Of a DNA stretch of 24,000 nucleotides, positions 9,027-17,443 are shown in pieces (positions within the stretch are counted from its first letter, which is position 1; each line of letters opens with the position of its first letter). The stretch lies in the NCBI GenBank assembly GCA_963746945.1, contig CAVVDG010000001.1, positions 99,077-123,076 of the forward strand, given 5' to 3'. The stretch is from Terriglobia bacterium (GTDB lineage: Bacteria > Acidobacteriota > Terriglobia > Acidiferrales > UBA7541). Under the pieces are notes generated by a model, which saw nothing but the letters and a program-made list of their open reading frames with translations, searched no databases and was not told the origin of the DNA. Position numbers and translations under genes: made by a program.

Positions 9027-9398
9027 ATGGGGCTACAGATTCTCGGTAACGTTCCGGACCCAGTGAGGCATACCGTGAAGGAAACATTCTACGATGTACC
9101 GCGAACCACCCCGCGCTTCGCGTTTATCGCCGATGCGGAACTCATCGGCGGCGGCAGCCATGCGCGTGTCTCGGAGTTGAGCGCCTGCGGGTGTTACCTG
9201 GACACGCTCAACCCGTTGCCCAAAGGCTCCGAATTCCGTTTCCGCATTCACTATGGCTGCAGTTCGTGTGAATTTTCCGGCCGGGTCATCTACTCGCATG
9301 CGGGTTTCGGCATGGGCGTCGTCTTCACAAAGCCCACCGCCGAGCAGCGATCCACCCTCGACGTCTGGCTCGATGAGCTTGCGCGAAAATTGGCCTGA
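9027..9398 (+). CDS. Stand-alone PilZ domain protein (putative c-di-GMP receptor)
   Basis: RxxxR motif RTTPR (9102-9116), followed about 25 aa later by VSELSACGCYL, matching (D/N)xSxxG with Glu in the first position. The size is typical of single-domain PilZ proteins. The start is ambiguous: an in-frame GTG at 9075 has GAGG 6 nt upstream, whereas the ATG at 9027 has no SD. Confidence 0.7.
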   Translation: MGLQILGNVPDPVRHTVKETFYDVPRTTPRFAFIADAELIGGGSHARVSELSACGCYLDTLNPLPKGSEFRFRIHYGCSSCEFSGRVIYSHAGFGMGVVFTKPTAEQRSTLDVWLDELARKLA

Positions 9399-9437
9399 TT
9401 CGACGCGGCAAGTTCGCCCATCCGTGCGCGCCTTCTC

Positions 9438-9466
9438 TTGACGTGTGCATCCGCCTTCGCTACTGT
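9438..9466 (+). promoter_or_regulatory. Sigma70-like promoter candidate upstream of the MetE-like gene
   Basis: TTGACG (9438-9443), a 17-nt spacer, then TACTGT (9461-9466), about 65 nt upstream of the ATG at 9532. This is a pattern match only. Confidence 0.35.
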
Positions 9467-9531
9467 GTGGACACAAGTTCCCCAAGACGCTGTAAGCAAT
9501 GAGAGCGCCCAAGAGAGGGGGTCCATCACGT

Positions 9532-10635
9532 ATGGCCGCAACGTTTCGCGCTGAGCACGTGGGCAGTTTGCTTCGTCCGCCGGAACTGTTGCGAGCCCGA
9601 TCGGCCCATCCCGCAGGCCGGCTCAACCTGCAAGAACTGCGAACCCTGGAAGACCAAGCCATCCTTCAAGTCCTGGAAAAGCAAGCCCAGTTGGGATTGA
9701 GCATCGTCACCGACGGAGAAATGCGCCGCGACTCGTGGCTCACCGACATGGCGGACGCCGTGAACGGATTCGTTCCCGAGCGCGTGGCGCTGGAATGGAA
9801 GGGACCCGGCGGGGGCATGGAGGGGAGCACGGCGCATACCGTCGGCGCAAAGCTGCAAAAGGTCCGGAAAATGACGGGCCATGAAGTTCCCTTTTTGAAA
9901 AAAAACGCGAAAGGGCCGTTCAAAGTTACGCTTCCCGCGCCCTCCAACTTCATGATCACCAGCTATAGGGCGGGCACCACCGATCCGTTCTATCCGACGC
10001 GCGGCGATCTGCTCAAGGATCTGGTGGCGATTGTTCACGACGACGTGCAATGGCTGGTATCGGAAGGCGTGCAGTACATTCAATTCGACGCTCCCTATTA
10101 CTCGCATTACCTTGACCCGCGGCAGCGCGCGAACATGCGCCGGGCGGGGATCGACCCGGACAAGGAACTGGAAGATGCGATTGCCGGAGACAATGCGGCG
10201 TTGCGCGACGTTCCGCGCGGCGGCGTTACGCTCGCCTTGCACATCTGCCGGGGAAACAGCAGAAGCCGTTGGTACACCGAGGGCGGCTACGACTCCATCG
10301 CCGAAAAACTTTTCGGATCGCTCCTTGTGGATCGATTCCTGCTCGAATATGACACCGGCCGCTCCGGCGGGTTCGAGCCGCTGCGACTTGTGCCGCGGGG
10401 CAAGAGCGTCGTGCTGGGACTGGTCACCTCCAAGGAGCCGAACCTGGAATCGCAGGACGACCTTCGGCGGCGAATCGACGAAGCGGCGAAATTCGTGCCC
10501 ATGGAAAACCTCGCGCTCAGCCCGCAATGCGGTTTCGCTTCCGTGGCGGCCGGGAACCTGATTTCGATGGACCAGCAGTGGAAAAAACTCGAACTGGTTG
10601 TGGAAACCGCCCGGAAAGTCTGGGGCACGCCGTAA
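9532..10635 (+). CDS. Cobalamin-independent methionine synthase (MetE C-terminal domain)-like methyltransferase
   Basis: MAATFRAEHVGSLLRPPELL...IVTDGEMRRDSW...LHICRGN...LSPQCGFAS, with Zn-ligand-type His/Cys positions of the MetE catalytic-domain family. I prefer the start at 9532 because homologues as I recall begin just before FRA(D/E)HVGSLLRP. The track ORF begins at 9499. Confidence 0.85.
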   Translation: MAATFRAEHVGSLLRPPELLRARSAHPAGRLNLQELRTLEDQAILQVLEKQAQLGLSIVTDGEMRRDSWLTDMADAVNGFVPERVALEWKGPGGGMEGSTAHTVGAKLQKVRKMTGHEVPFLKKNAKGPFKVTLPAPSNFMITSYRAGTTDPFYPTRGDLLKDLVAIVHDDVQWLVSEGVQYIQFDAPYYSHYLDPRQRANMRRAGIDPDKELEDAIAGDNAALRDVPRGGVTLALHICRGNSRSRWYTEGGYDSIAEKLFGSLLVDRFLLEYDTGRSGGFEPLRLVPRGKSVVLGLVTSKEPNLESQDDLRRRIDEAAKFVPMENLALSPQCGFASVAAGNLISMDQQWKKLELVVETARKVWGTP

Positions 10636-10902
10636 TAAGATCGGATCGCAACACCAAACCGTAACACCGGCCCGAAACGCCATCTAAAATTCTGGACCAG
10701 CAGGCTGCCCTCCGCGTGAATCCGGGAAATTCAGAATCCCCTGCTTCTGACTTTCCAGGACACCATTGCCTCGACCGTCATCGGTATCATTGCAGTTTGG
10801 CAAATTGAGCTGAAGGAATTGGATCGCTCGACAGAATTCCTCGGAGCCATTTACACTGGTGGCCGCGATTGTGAGCCGCGGACGAAACAACAAGGATGGT
10901 TG

Positions 10903-11226
10903 ATGCCCAGCGTTACTTATCTTTTACCGGGCGGGACTTCGCGAACCATTGACGTGCCCGCCGGAACATCGGTGATGCAGGCTGCGCTGCAGCACCGCGT
11001 CGAGGGGATTCTCGGCGAGTGCGGCGGCAATTGCATGTGCGCGACCTGCCACGTCTACGTGGATCCCGATTTTTTCAGCCGTATTCCCGAGCCCCTGGAA
11101 AATGAGAAGTTCATGCTGAGCATCGCCGCGGAAGGACCCCGGCCCAACAGCCGCTTGAGCTGCCAGATCAAAATGAAGGATGAATGGGACGGGCTCATAG
11201 TGCGGCTTCCGGCAAAGCAACGGTGA
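10903..11226 (+). CDS. [2Fe-2S] ferredoxin, putidaredoxin/adrenodoxin type
   Basis: Cys pattern ECGGNCMCATCHVYVDP plus the distal SRLSCQI. The product is 107 aa. The ATG at 10903 has AAGGA 6 nt upstream. The track ORF start at 10819 is a TTG with no usable spacing to an SD. Confidence 0.88.
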   Translation: MPSVTYLLPGGTSRTIDVPAGTSVMQAALQHRVEGILGECGGNCMCATCHVYVDPDFFSRIPEPLENEKFMLSIAAEGPRPNSRLSCQIKMKDEWDGLIVRLPAKQR

Positions 11227-11281
11227 TGCGCGCGAGCCCCTCGATCTGATTGGGGCCATCGGGAAAAAATGTGAGGCAACC

Positions 11282-12163
11282 ATGAAACTCCGCAAATTCG
11301 CGAAGCCTTTCCGCGTTGCCGGTGGAGGGGCCCATTTCCGCCTGAAAAACTTCGATCCCGCCGAGACGCTCGGATTGAAATCCAAAGAGCACGCGCAAAA
11401 AACGCTGGAGCACGGCATTGCCCGCCTCGCGGAATTGCAGGAGAAACTTTACGCGCAGGACCGCTGGGCCATCCTCATCATCCTGCAGGCCATGGATGCT
11501 GCCGGAAAAGACAGCACCATCAAACACGTCATGTCCGGAATCAATCCGCAGGGTTGCCAGGTCACTTCGTTCAAGGCGCCGTCGGCGGAGGAACTGGACC
11601 ACGATTTTCTATGGCGGACCATGCGATTTCTCCCGGAACGCGGAAAGATCGGCATTTTCAACCGTTCCTATTACGAGGAAGTTCTGGTGGTGCGAGTGCA
11701 CCCGGAAATTCTGGCCCGGGAAAAGATGCCGGCGCGGCTGGTCTCGAATAAAGTCTGGCGGGAACGTTTCGAGGATATCAACGCGCATGAAAAGTATCTG
11801 TCGAGGAATGGCATTGCGATTCTGAAATTTTTTCTGAATGTTTCGCGGAAAGAGCAGAAGAAACGGTTTCTGGAACGGCTCGACGAACCGGAAAAACACT
11901 GGAAATTCTCCGCCGGCGACGTATTGGAGCGGCGGCACTGGAACCAGTATATGCGGGCGTACCAGGAGATGATCGGCCGGACTAGCACCAGAACAGCGCC
12001 CTGGTACGTCGTGCCGGCGGACCATAAATGGTTCACGCGGCTCGTGGTTGCGGAGGCCATCATCGATGCGCTGGATGAACTGAATCTCCGCTATCCCAAA
12101 GTCGATTCGGAAAAACGCAAAAATTTGAAAAAGGCGCGCATCACTCTGCTTCACGAATCGTGA
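11282..12163 (+). CDS. Polyphosphate kinase 2 (PPK2) family polyphosphate:nucleotide phosphotransferase
   Basis: ILQAMDAAGKDSTIKHV (PPK2 Walker A), FNRSYYEEVLVVRVH, and a lid-region WYVVPADHKW. It is a single-domain protein of 293 aa. GAGG lies 5 nt upstream of the ATG. Confidence 0.9.
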   Translation: MKLRKFAKPFRVAGGGAHFRLKNFDPAETLGLKSKEHAQKTLEHGIARLAELQEKLYAQDRWAILIILQAMDAAGKDSTIKHVMSGINPQGCQVTSFKAPSAEELDHDFLWRTMRFLPERGKIGIFNRSYYEEVLVVRVHPEILAREKMPARLVSNKVWRERFEDINAHEKYLSRNGIAILKFFLNVSRKEQKKRFLERLDEPEKHWKFSAGDVLERRHWNQYMRAYQEMIGRTSTRTAPWYVVPADHKWFTRLVVAEAIIDALDELNLRYPKVDSEKRKNLKKARITLLHES

Positions 12164-12264
12164 CGGCCGAAACACCCGCCGCAGGGGGCCCCCCGTCCAT
12201 TTCCCATTTCCGTTACCCCGCGAACGCGCGATGAGTACAACTTCACGGTGAAACCGGGCATCTG

Positions 12265-13398
12265 ATGAGCCCGGCAGGAAAATCTAGCATGACCGCACGC
12301 GCAGAGGTCGTCATCATCGGAGCGGGACCCGCGGGGATCGCCGCGGCCATTGCGGCCAGCCAGAATGGATTCCGCGCCACGGTCCTGGACGCGCGCATGC
12401 CCCCGCTGGACAAGCCATGCGGCGAAGGCATCCTGCCGCACGGCGTCGCCGCGCTGGCCGCCCTGGGTATCCATCTGGATGCCGCCGGGGCCGTTCCTTT
12501 CGCCGGAATCCGTTTTGAGGACGAGGAATCTTCCGCGCGCGCCGAATTTGCGGGCGGAACCGGTTTTGCTCTCCGGCGCACCCGCCTGCATTGGCTTCTC
12601 CTGGATCGCGCGATACGCGCCGGCGTGGAATTCCATTGGGGCGCGGAAGTCGTCCACGTCGATTCCGACTTTGTAATCACAACGGAAAGACGTATTCCGT
12701 ACGCGTGGCTGGTCGGGGCCGACGGGCAGAATTCGGCTGTCCGGAAATGGGCGGGGCTTGATAAACGTAAAGTTCGCGCAAAACGATTCGGCTTCCGCAG
12801 GCACTTTCAGGTGCGTCCCTGGGCCAATACCGTCGAAGTCCATTGGGCTGAAGGCTGCCAGATGTATGTGACGCCCACCGGCGAACAGGAAGTGGGCGTC
12901 GCCGTGTTCTCTCGCGATCCGCAGATGAGGCTGGAGCAGGCGTTGCCTCGATTCCCCGCCCTTGCGGAAAAACTGCTCGGCGCGGCCCCGACGACGGACG
13001 AATTGGGGGACACTACATCGTTGCGCATATTTCCGGCCGTGACCCAGGGTTGCATCGCGCTGGCCGGCGACGCCTCGGGCACGGTGGACGCCATTGCGGG
13101 TCACGGGCTGAGCATGGCGTTCCAGCATGCGATTCAATTGGGGGAAGCGCTCAGGCAAGGGAACCTGGAGCGATACGAGTCCTGCCACCGCAAGATCGCG
13201 GCCGCGCCGGTGGCCATGTCCCGGCTGATGCTCCTGATGGAGGCGAACAACCAGCTTCGCCGGAGAACCCTTCGCCTGTTTGCGAATTCACCGAATCTGT
13301 TTTCAAAATTGCTTTCCGTGCATTCCGGGACACTCCCGCTTTCCTCGATCGGCGTGGGCGAAATGGCCGATTTCGGATGGAAGTTGTTGTGGGCATAG
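12265..13398 (+). CDS. FAD-dependent oxidoreductase, geranylgeranyl reductase-like family
   Basis: VVIIGAGPAGIAAAIAASQNGFRATVLDA (a Rossmann GxGxxG with an acidic residue at the beta2 end), DKPCGEGI, and VGADGQNSAVRKW. An alternative start at 12289 (MTARAEVV) has AGGA 10 nt upstream. Confidence 0.85.
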   Translation: MSPAGKSSMTARAEVVIIGAGPAGIAAAIAASQNGFRATVLDARMPPLDKPCGEGILPHGVAALAALGIHLDAAGAVPFAGIRFEDEESSARAEFAGGTGFALRRTRLHWLLLDRAIRAGVEFHWGAEVVHVDSDFVITTERRIPYAWLVGADGQNSAVRKWAGLDKRKVRAKRFGFRRHFQVRPWANTVEVHWAEGCQMYVTPTGEQEVGVAVFSRDPQMRLEQALPRFPALAEKLLGAAPTTDELGDTTSLRIFPAVTQGCIALAGDASGTVDAIAGHGLSMAFQHAIQLGEALRQGNLERYESCHRKIAAAPVAMSRLMLLMEANNQLRRRTLRLFANSPNLFSKLLSVHSGTLPLSSIGVGEMADFGWKLLWA

Positions 13399-14024
13399 AG
13401 TCCACATCCGCCTGGAAGGCGAATATCCGATTTTTCCGCGGCCGATTCCTGTTTGCGCTGATCGCTGCGCCGGCCTTGCTTGTGTTCGTTCCCGTATCGT
13501 ACCCGCAGGTAAGGGCCGCGCAGCTCGACCCGGCACAAACAAGAATTGAATTCACCCTCGGCACCACTTTCCATACGGTTCACGGAAATTTCAAACTGAA
13601 AAGCGGCACCATCCGGTTTGACCCGGCGACCGGCGCGGTCCGTGGTGTCATTATCGTGGACGCCGCCAGCGGGGAGAGCGGCAACGGCGTCCGCGATCGC
13701 AGAATGCATCGCGAAATCCTCGAAAGCGACCGGTTTCCGGAAATTATTTTCACGCCGAGGCAAATGACGGGCGCGCTCACACTGAACATTCCATCCAGAG
13801 TGTTGATTGCAGGCCAACTGCGTCTGCATGGACAGGATCACGACATAACGATTCCCGTCGATGTCCAGCCGGAAGGGCAACAATTGCAAATCGCGGCCCG
13901 CTTCATCATTCCATTCATCCGGTGGGGCCTCAAGAATCCGAGCACATTCATTTTGCGGGTCAGCGACAAGGTCACCATTGACATTCATGCCGTGGGGCGC
14001 GTTACGAACGCAGGAACCTCATAA
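13377..14024 (+). CDS. YceI family (polyisoprenoid-binding-like) periplasmic protein
   Basis: The C-terminal ~215 aa of track ORF 13050..14024 read IEFTLGTTFHTVHGNFKLKSGTIRFDP...FPEIIFTP...GQLRLHGQDHDITIPVDV. A signal-like segment RFFRGRFLFALIAAPALLVFVPVSYPQVRA precedes this. The first usable start after the upstream gene frame is ATG 13377 (or GTG 13389), which overlaps the flavoprotein stop at 13398. Confidence 0.85.
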   Translation: MEVVVGIESTSAWKANIRFFRGRFLFALIAAPALLVFVPVSYPQVRAAQLDPAQTRIEFTLGTTFHTVHGNFKLKSGTIRFDPATGAVRGVIIVDAASGESGNGVRDRRMHREILESDRFPEIIFTPRQMTGALTLNIPSRVLIAGQLRLHGQDHDITIPVDVQPEGQQLQIAARFIIPFIRWGLKNPSTFILRVSDKVTIDIHAVGRVTNAGTS

Positions 14025-14049
14025 AAAGGCAGGAATGACGATAGACATT

Positions 14050-15066
14050 TCAGGCTGACGGTTTGGCGGCCGCGCCGAGTTGCGCCGCCCGCCTCGCCCG
14101 CGACATTGCGCCAATCAGCGGCGCTTCCTCGTTCAAGACCATGAAAATCGGGATTTGCGCCAGCAGGGGTGCAAATTTCTCCTTTTCGCAAAAGGCCCGG
14201 AAAAACGTCCCGTCTTCCATTTTCTCGCGGATCTTGACGGCGATTCCTCCGGCGATCCAGACACCGCCACGGGCGAGAACTTTCAGCGCCAGGTTTCCTG
14301 CTTCGGCGCCGTACATGGAGACCCACATGTCGAGCGTCTCAACGCAGACCGGGCACTTCCCCGCAAGCGCCAGTTGAGTGATTTCGGGCGCCGCGTCCGA
14401 TTCCGGGTCGTCGAAGGATGGATGCCTAACGGCTGCGTCAAGAAATTCGTGGATCGTAAAAAATCCCCTGCCCGAAAGGATCAGTTCCACACTCACGAAC
14501 TCATGGTGCTTCTTCATATGGCGCAACAACTCAATTTCACGTTCGTTGCGCGGCGCAAAGTCGGCGTGTCCTCCCTCGGAACTGGCAACCACATGCTGGG
14601 TGCCGTCCCAGAACAGGATGGCCTCGCCCAAACCCGTTCCCGCCGCGAGCAGAGCCTCGGTGGATTGCGGCGCAGGCACTCCGCGATTCAGAGTTGAAAT
14701 TTCCGATGGCGGCAGCAATGCCAGGCTGTGCGCGGTTGCTTCCAGATCATTCAGCAGGACAACATGATCGGTATCCAGAAGTTTTGCCAGCGCCGCGCCA
14801 TCGACGACCCACGGCAGGTTGGTTGCTTTGACGCGATGGCCGATGACCGGACCGGCGACGCCAAATCCCGCCGCCTCGATCGCTCCCGCACCCGCATTCC
14901 TGGTTTCTTTCCGTGTTTCGAGCAGGAATTGACCGATGACCTCTTCGAAGGTGGCGAATTCACGGCTTGCGAAGCGGTGCTTGACGACTTTCTCGTAACC
15001 GTCCGGGCGGTGCTCGTAGAGCGCCAGATTGCATTTCGTTCCGCCAATGTCGCCGGCCAGAATCAT
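14050..15066 (-). CDS. glk: Glucokinase
   Basis: MILAGDIGGTKCNLALY (ROK/glucokinase phosphate-1 motif), LLNDLEATAH, AGTGLGEA and SEGGHADFAP. The start at 15066 overlaps the pgl stop (ATGA). The upstream 255 aa of the 594-aa track ORF are Arg/Pro-rich and overlap pgl out of frame. Confidence 0.9.
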   Translation of the reverse strand: MILAGDIGGTKCNLALYEHRPDGYEKVVKHRFASREFATFEEVIGQFLLETRKETRNAGAGAIEAAGFGVAGPVIGHRVKATNLPWVVDGAALAKLLDTDHVVLLNDLEATAHSLALLPPSEISTLNRGVPAPQSTEALLAAGTGLGEAILFWDGTQHVVASSEGGHADFAPRNEREIELLRHMKKHHEFVSVELILSGRGFFTIHEFLDAAVRHPSFDDPESDAAPEITQLALAGKCPVCVETLDMWVSMYGAEAGNLALKVLARGGVWIAGGIAVKIREKMEDGTFFRAFCEKEKFAPLLAQIPIFMVLNEEAPLIGAMSRARRAAQLGAAAKPSA

Positions 15067-15890
15067 GAACCCTGCCTCGGCTTTCTGGGAACCGATCCCG
15101 CGGCATTTCCGGCCGGCGCTTTCGATTGCGAGTCGCCGGTTTCGAGCAGCGCGGCGGCGGCTTGATCGACCAGGAAAAGTTTCACCCCGTTTTCGCGAGG
15201 CTGAACCAGCTGAGCCGGATACGGCGGATCGGGTTTCGTTTGCAGGACGGCATGCAGAATTTCCGCTTTCTCCGAACCTTCGACCAGAAAAACCACGCGC
15301 AGCGCGGCATCCAGTACGGGAAGCGTCAGCGTCATGCGCCGCGCATTCAGCTTCGCAACCATCGGCGTGCTGACCCAACGCGAAGTTTGGCGCGTCACGC
15401 GGGTGCCGGGAAACAGCGACGCGGTGTGGCCTTCGGTCCCCATGCCCAGCAGGATCAAGTGGAAACGCGGAAAGCCCTGGCTGTCGAGTTCCAGATGTTT
15501 TCGGAGGATTTCCTCGTATTCGTGGGCCGCGCGGCCGATATTCGGCTTCTCGGCTTCCATGCGGTGCACGTTGGCCTGCGGGATTGGAACGCGCAGCAGG
15601 AGTTCGCGCCGGGCCATCCCGTAGTTGCTCTGCAGGTTTGTGGGGGAAACCGCGCGCTCGTCGCTCCAGAAGACGTGGACCTTGGCCCAGTCCACTTGCC
15701 CTCGAAATTGGCTGGAGGCAAGAATTTCGTACAACCTGCGCGGAGTGTTTCCCCCGGACAGCGCGACCATGAACTGCCCGTACTTCGCAATCGACTGCCA
15801 CGCATAGTCCACGAACAGCCGCGCCGCGCCCCACGCGACCTCTTCGGGATTGGGGTACACATGCACACCGGGGAGAATCTCCCGCGGCAT
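15063..15890 (-). CDS. pgl: 6-phosphogluconolactonase
   Basis: VALSGGNTPRRLYEIL, VHVFWSDERAV, HLILLGMGTEGHTASLFPG. I chose the ATG at 15890, 4 nt after the zwf stop. Upstream in-frame ATGs at 15920, 15938 and 15971 would overlap zwf. Confidence 0.87.
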   Translation of the reverse strand: MPREILPGVHVYPNPEEVAWGAARLFVDYAWQSIAKYGQFMVALSGGNTPRRLYEILASSQFRGQVDWAKVHVFWSDERAVSPTNLQSNYGMARRELLLRVPIPQANVHRMEAEKPNIGRAAHEYEEILRKHLELDSQGFPRFHLILLGMGTEGHTASLFPGTRVTRQTSRWVSTPMVAKLNARRMTLTLPVLDAALRVVFLVEGSEKAEILHAVLQTKPDPPYPAQLVQPRENGVKLFLVDQAAAALLETGDSQSKAPAGNAAGSVPRKPRQGS

Positions 15891-15894
15891 GCGT

Positions 15895-17433
15895 TTACGA
15901 ATTCCGCCAGTGTCGGCCATCACGCTCCAGAAGTACATCCGATTCGTGCGGGCCCCAGGTGCCCGCCGCATAGTTTGGAAAGTTCGGTTTTTTCGCCTGA
16001 AACCAGTCGAGGATGGGATTCACCAGCGCCCAGGCCGATTCCACGCCATCGGCGCGGTCAAACAGCGTCGCGTCGCCGCGCATGCAATCGTTGATCAGCG
16101 TCAGGTACGCGCTTCGTTCGCCCGCGCCAAATTCCTTCTGATAGCTGAAGTCCATCGTCACGGTTTTCAACTTCATCGCCTGGCCCGGGCGTTTCGCGTG
16201 AAACGAAATTGAGATTCCTTCATCGGGCTGCACATTCAGCACGAGCGTATTCGTGGACAAATCCTGCCCTCGAAACACCAGATGCGGCGCGCGCCGGAAC
16301 TGGATCGCAATTTCGCTCACGCGGCTTGGCAGGCGTTTGCCGGTACGCAAGTAAAAAGGGACTCCCGCCCACCTCCAGTTGTCGATCTGCAATTTCGCGG
16401 CGACATAGGTTTCCGTGCCCGAGTCCTTCGCGACGCCCGGCTCTTCCCGATACCCCGCCAGCATGGAAGAATTTCTCGGCGAGCTACCCGGGCCGTATTG
16501 CCCGCGCACGATGTCGGTGGCGATGGTTTCTTCGGTGAATGGCCGGATCGACTGCAGGACTTTGATCTTTTCGTTGCGCACGGCCGTGGCGTCAAACGCG
16601 GCGGGAGGCTCCATGGCCACCAGCGAAGTCAATTGCAGGACATGGCTCTGAATCATGTCCCGGGTGGCGCCCGCGGTTTCGTAGAAGGCCGCGCGCTGCT
16701 CGACGCCGAGCGTTTCCGCCGCGGTAATCTGCACGTGGTCCACGAAATTCCGGTTCCAGAGCGGTTCGAAGATTCCATTTCCAAACCGCAGCACCAACAG
16801 GTTCTGCACCGTATCTTTACCCAGATAGTGATCGATGCGGTAAACCTGCGACTCGTCAAAAGTTTTGAGCACAATCTGGTTCAGCTTCTTCGCCGAGGCC
16901 AGGTCCCGGCCGTAAGGCTTTTCGATAATGATGCGCACCCAGGATTTCCCGTTGGAATGCCTGGCGAGCCCGGCCTTGTCGAGCTGCTCGATAATTACCG
17001 GATACACGTCCGGCGGGGTGGCCAGGTAAAACAGCCGATTCCCGTTGAGCTTATGCGCGTGGTCGAGTTCCTCGAGCCGCTGCTTGAGCTTCTCAAACGC
17101 CGCCGGCTGATTGTATTCCCCCGCCACGTAGGCGAGCGCGCCGGCAAAATCCTTGCACCCTTGGTCCGTCGCCGCGCCGCCATCAGTAAACTTTTTTACC
17201 GAATCGATGGCCGACTGCTGAAATGCCTCGTCCGTCATATGTGTGCGCGCGAACCCGATGATTGCAAACCGCCGCGCCAGGCAATTCTGCGCCGCCAAAC
17301 CGTATAACGCGGGCACCAGCTTCCTGCGCGAAAGATCACCGGAAGCGCCGAAGATGACGATCGTGCACGGATCGGCGGGGATCATGGAGCTGTCCATGGT
17401 AGGCTCGGCTGCTTCGTTTCCGGTTGGGGTCAT
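15895..17433 (-). CDS. zwf: Glucose-6-phosphate 1-dehydrogenase
   Basis: IFGASGDLSRRKLVPALY (NADP-binding motif), RIDHYLGKD (active-site motif) and EPPAAFDA. The ATG at 17433 has GAGGA 7 nt upstream and lies 10 nt after the gnd stop. The track start at 17472 overlaps gnd. Confidence 0.93.
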   Translation of the reverse strand: MTPTGNEAAEPTMDSSMIPADPCTIVIFGASGDLSRRKLVPALYGLAAQNCLARRFAIIGFARTHMTDEAFQQSAIDSVKKFTDGGAATDQGCKDFAGALAYVAGEYNQPAAFEKLKQRLEELDHAHKLNGNRLFYLATPPDVYPVIIEQLDKAGLARHSNGKSWVRIIIEKPYGRDLASAKKLNQIVLKTFDESQVYRIDHYLGKDTVQNLLVLRFGNGIFEPLWNRNFVDHVQITAAETLGVEQRAAFYETAGATRDMIQSHVLQLTSLVAMEPPAAFDATAVRNEKIKVLQSIRPFTEETIATDIVRGQYGPGSSPRNSSMLAGYREEPGVAKDSGTETYVAAKLQIDNWRWAGVPFYLRTGKRLPSRVSEIAIQFRRAPHLVFRGQDLSTNTLVLNVQPDEGISISFHAKRPGQAMKLKTVTMDFSYQKEFGAGERSAYLTLINDCMRGDATLFDRADGVESAWALVNPILDWFQAKKPNFPNYAAGTWGPHESDVLLERDGRHWRNS

Positions 17434-17443
17434 GACGGGGTCC

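Noticed and set aside
8815-9066. 83-aa + strand ORF between the MBL hydrolase and PilZ genes
   Set aside because: It starts at the divergent gene's start codon region, has no SD, reads as a Ser/Arg/Pro-rich product, and runs out of frame into the PilZ gene.
9526-10683. 385-aa minus-strand ORF antisense to the MetE-like gene
   Set aside because: Same reasoning. The + strand product carries specific MetE-family motifs, and the antisense product is Arg/Pro/Gly-rich.
10684-10893. 69-aa minus-strand ORF in the MetE-like/ferredoxin intergenic region
   Set aside because: It has no SD and no motif, and it overlaps the ferredoxin upstream region. It is more likely plain intergenic DNA.
12249-12273. 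Hammerhead-ribozyme-like elements: GAAA, then CCGGGC, CTGATGA and GCCCGG
   Set aside because: The order is wrong for a hammerhead. The helix pairs the segment after GAAA with the segment after CUGAUGA, which matches none of stems I-III. No cleavage-site context exists. It is probably just a 6-bp hairpin in the 5' region of the flavoprotein gene.
12151-13188. 345-aa minus-strand ORF antisense to the flavoprotein gene
   Set aside because: It is a shadow ORF. The + strand has the GxGxxG/GADG flavoprotein motifs.
13050-13376. N-terminal extension of the YceI ORF (track start 13050)
   Set aside because: The extension overlaps the last third of the flavoprotein gene in another frame and reads as low-complexity Arg/Gly sequence. 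YceI-like sequence and its signal peptide begin after 13377.
15067-15834. N-terminal 255 aa of the 594-aa track ORF 14050..15834 as a giant glucokinase fusion
   Set aside because: That part is Arg/Pro/Ala-rich, lacks motifs and overlaps pgl out of frame. Glucokinase homology begins exactly at MILAGDIGGTK (ATG 15066), which overlaps the pgl stop.
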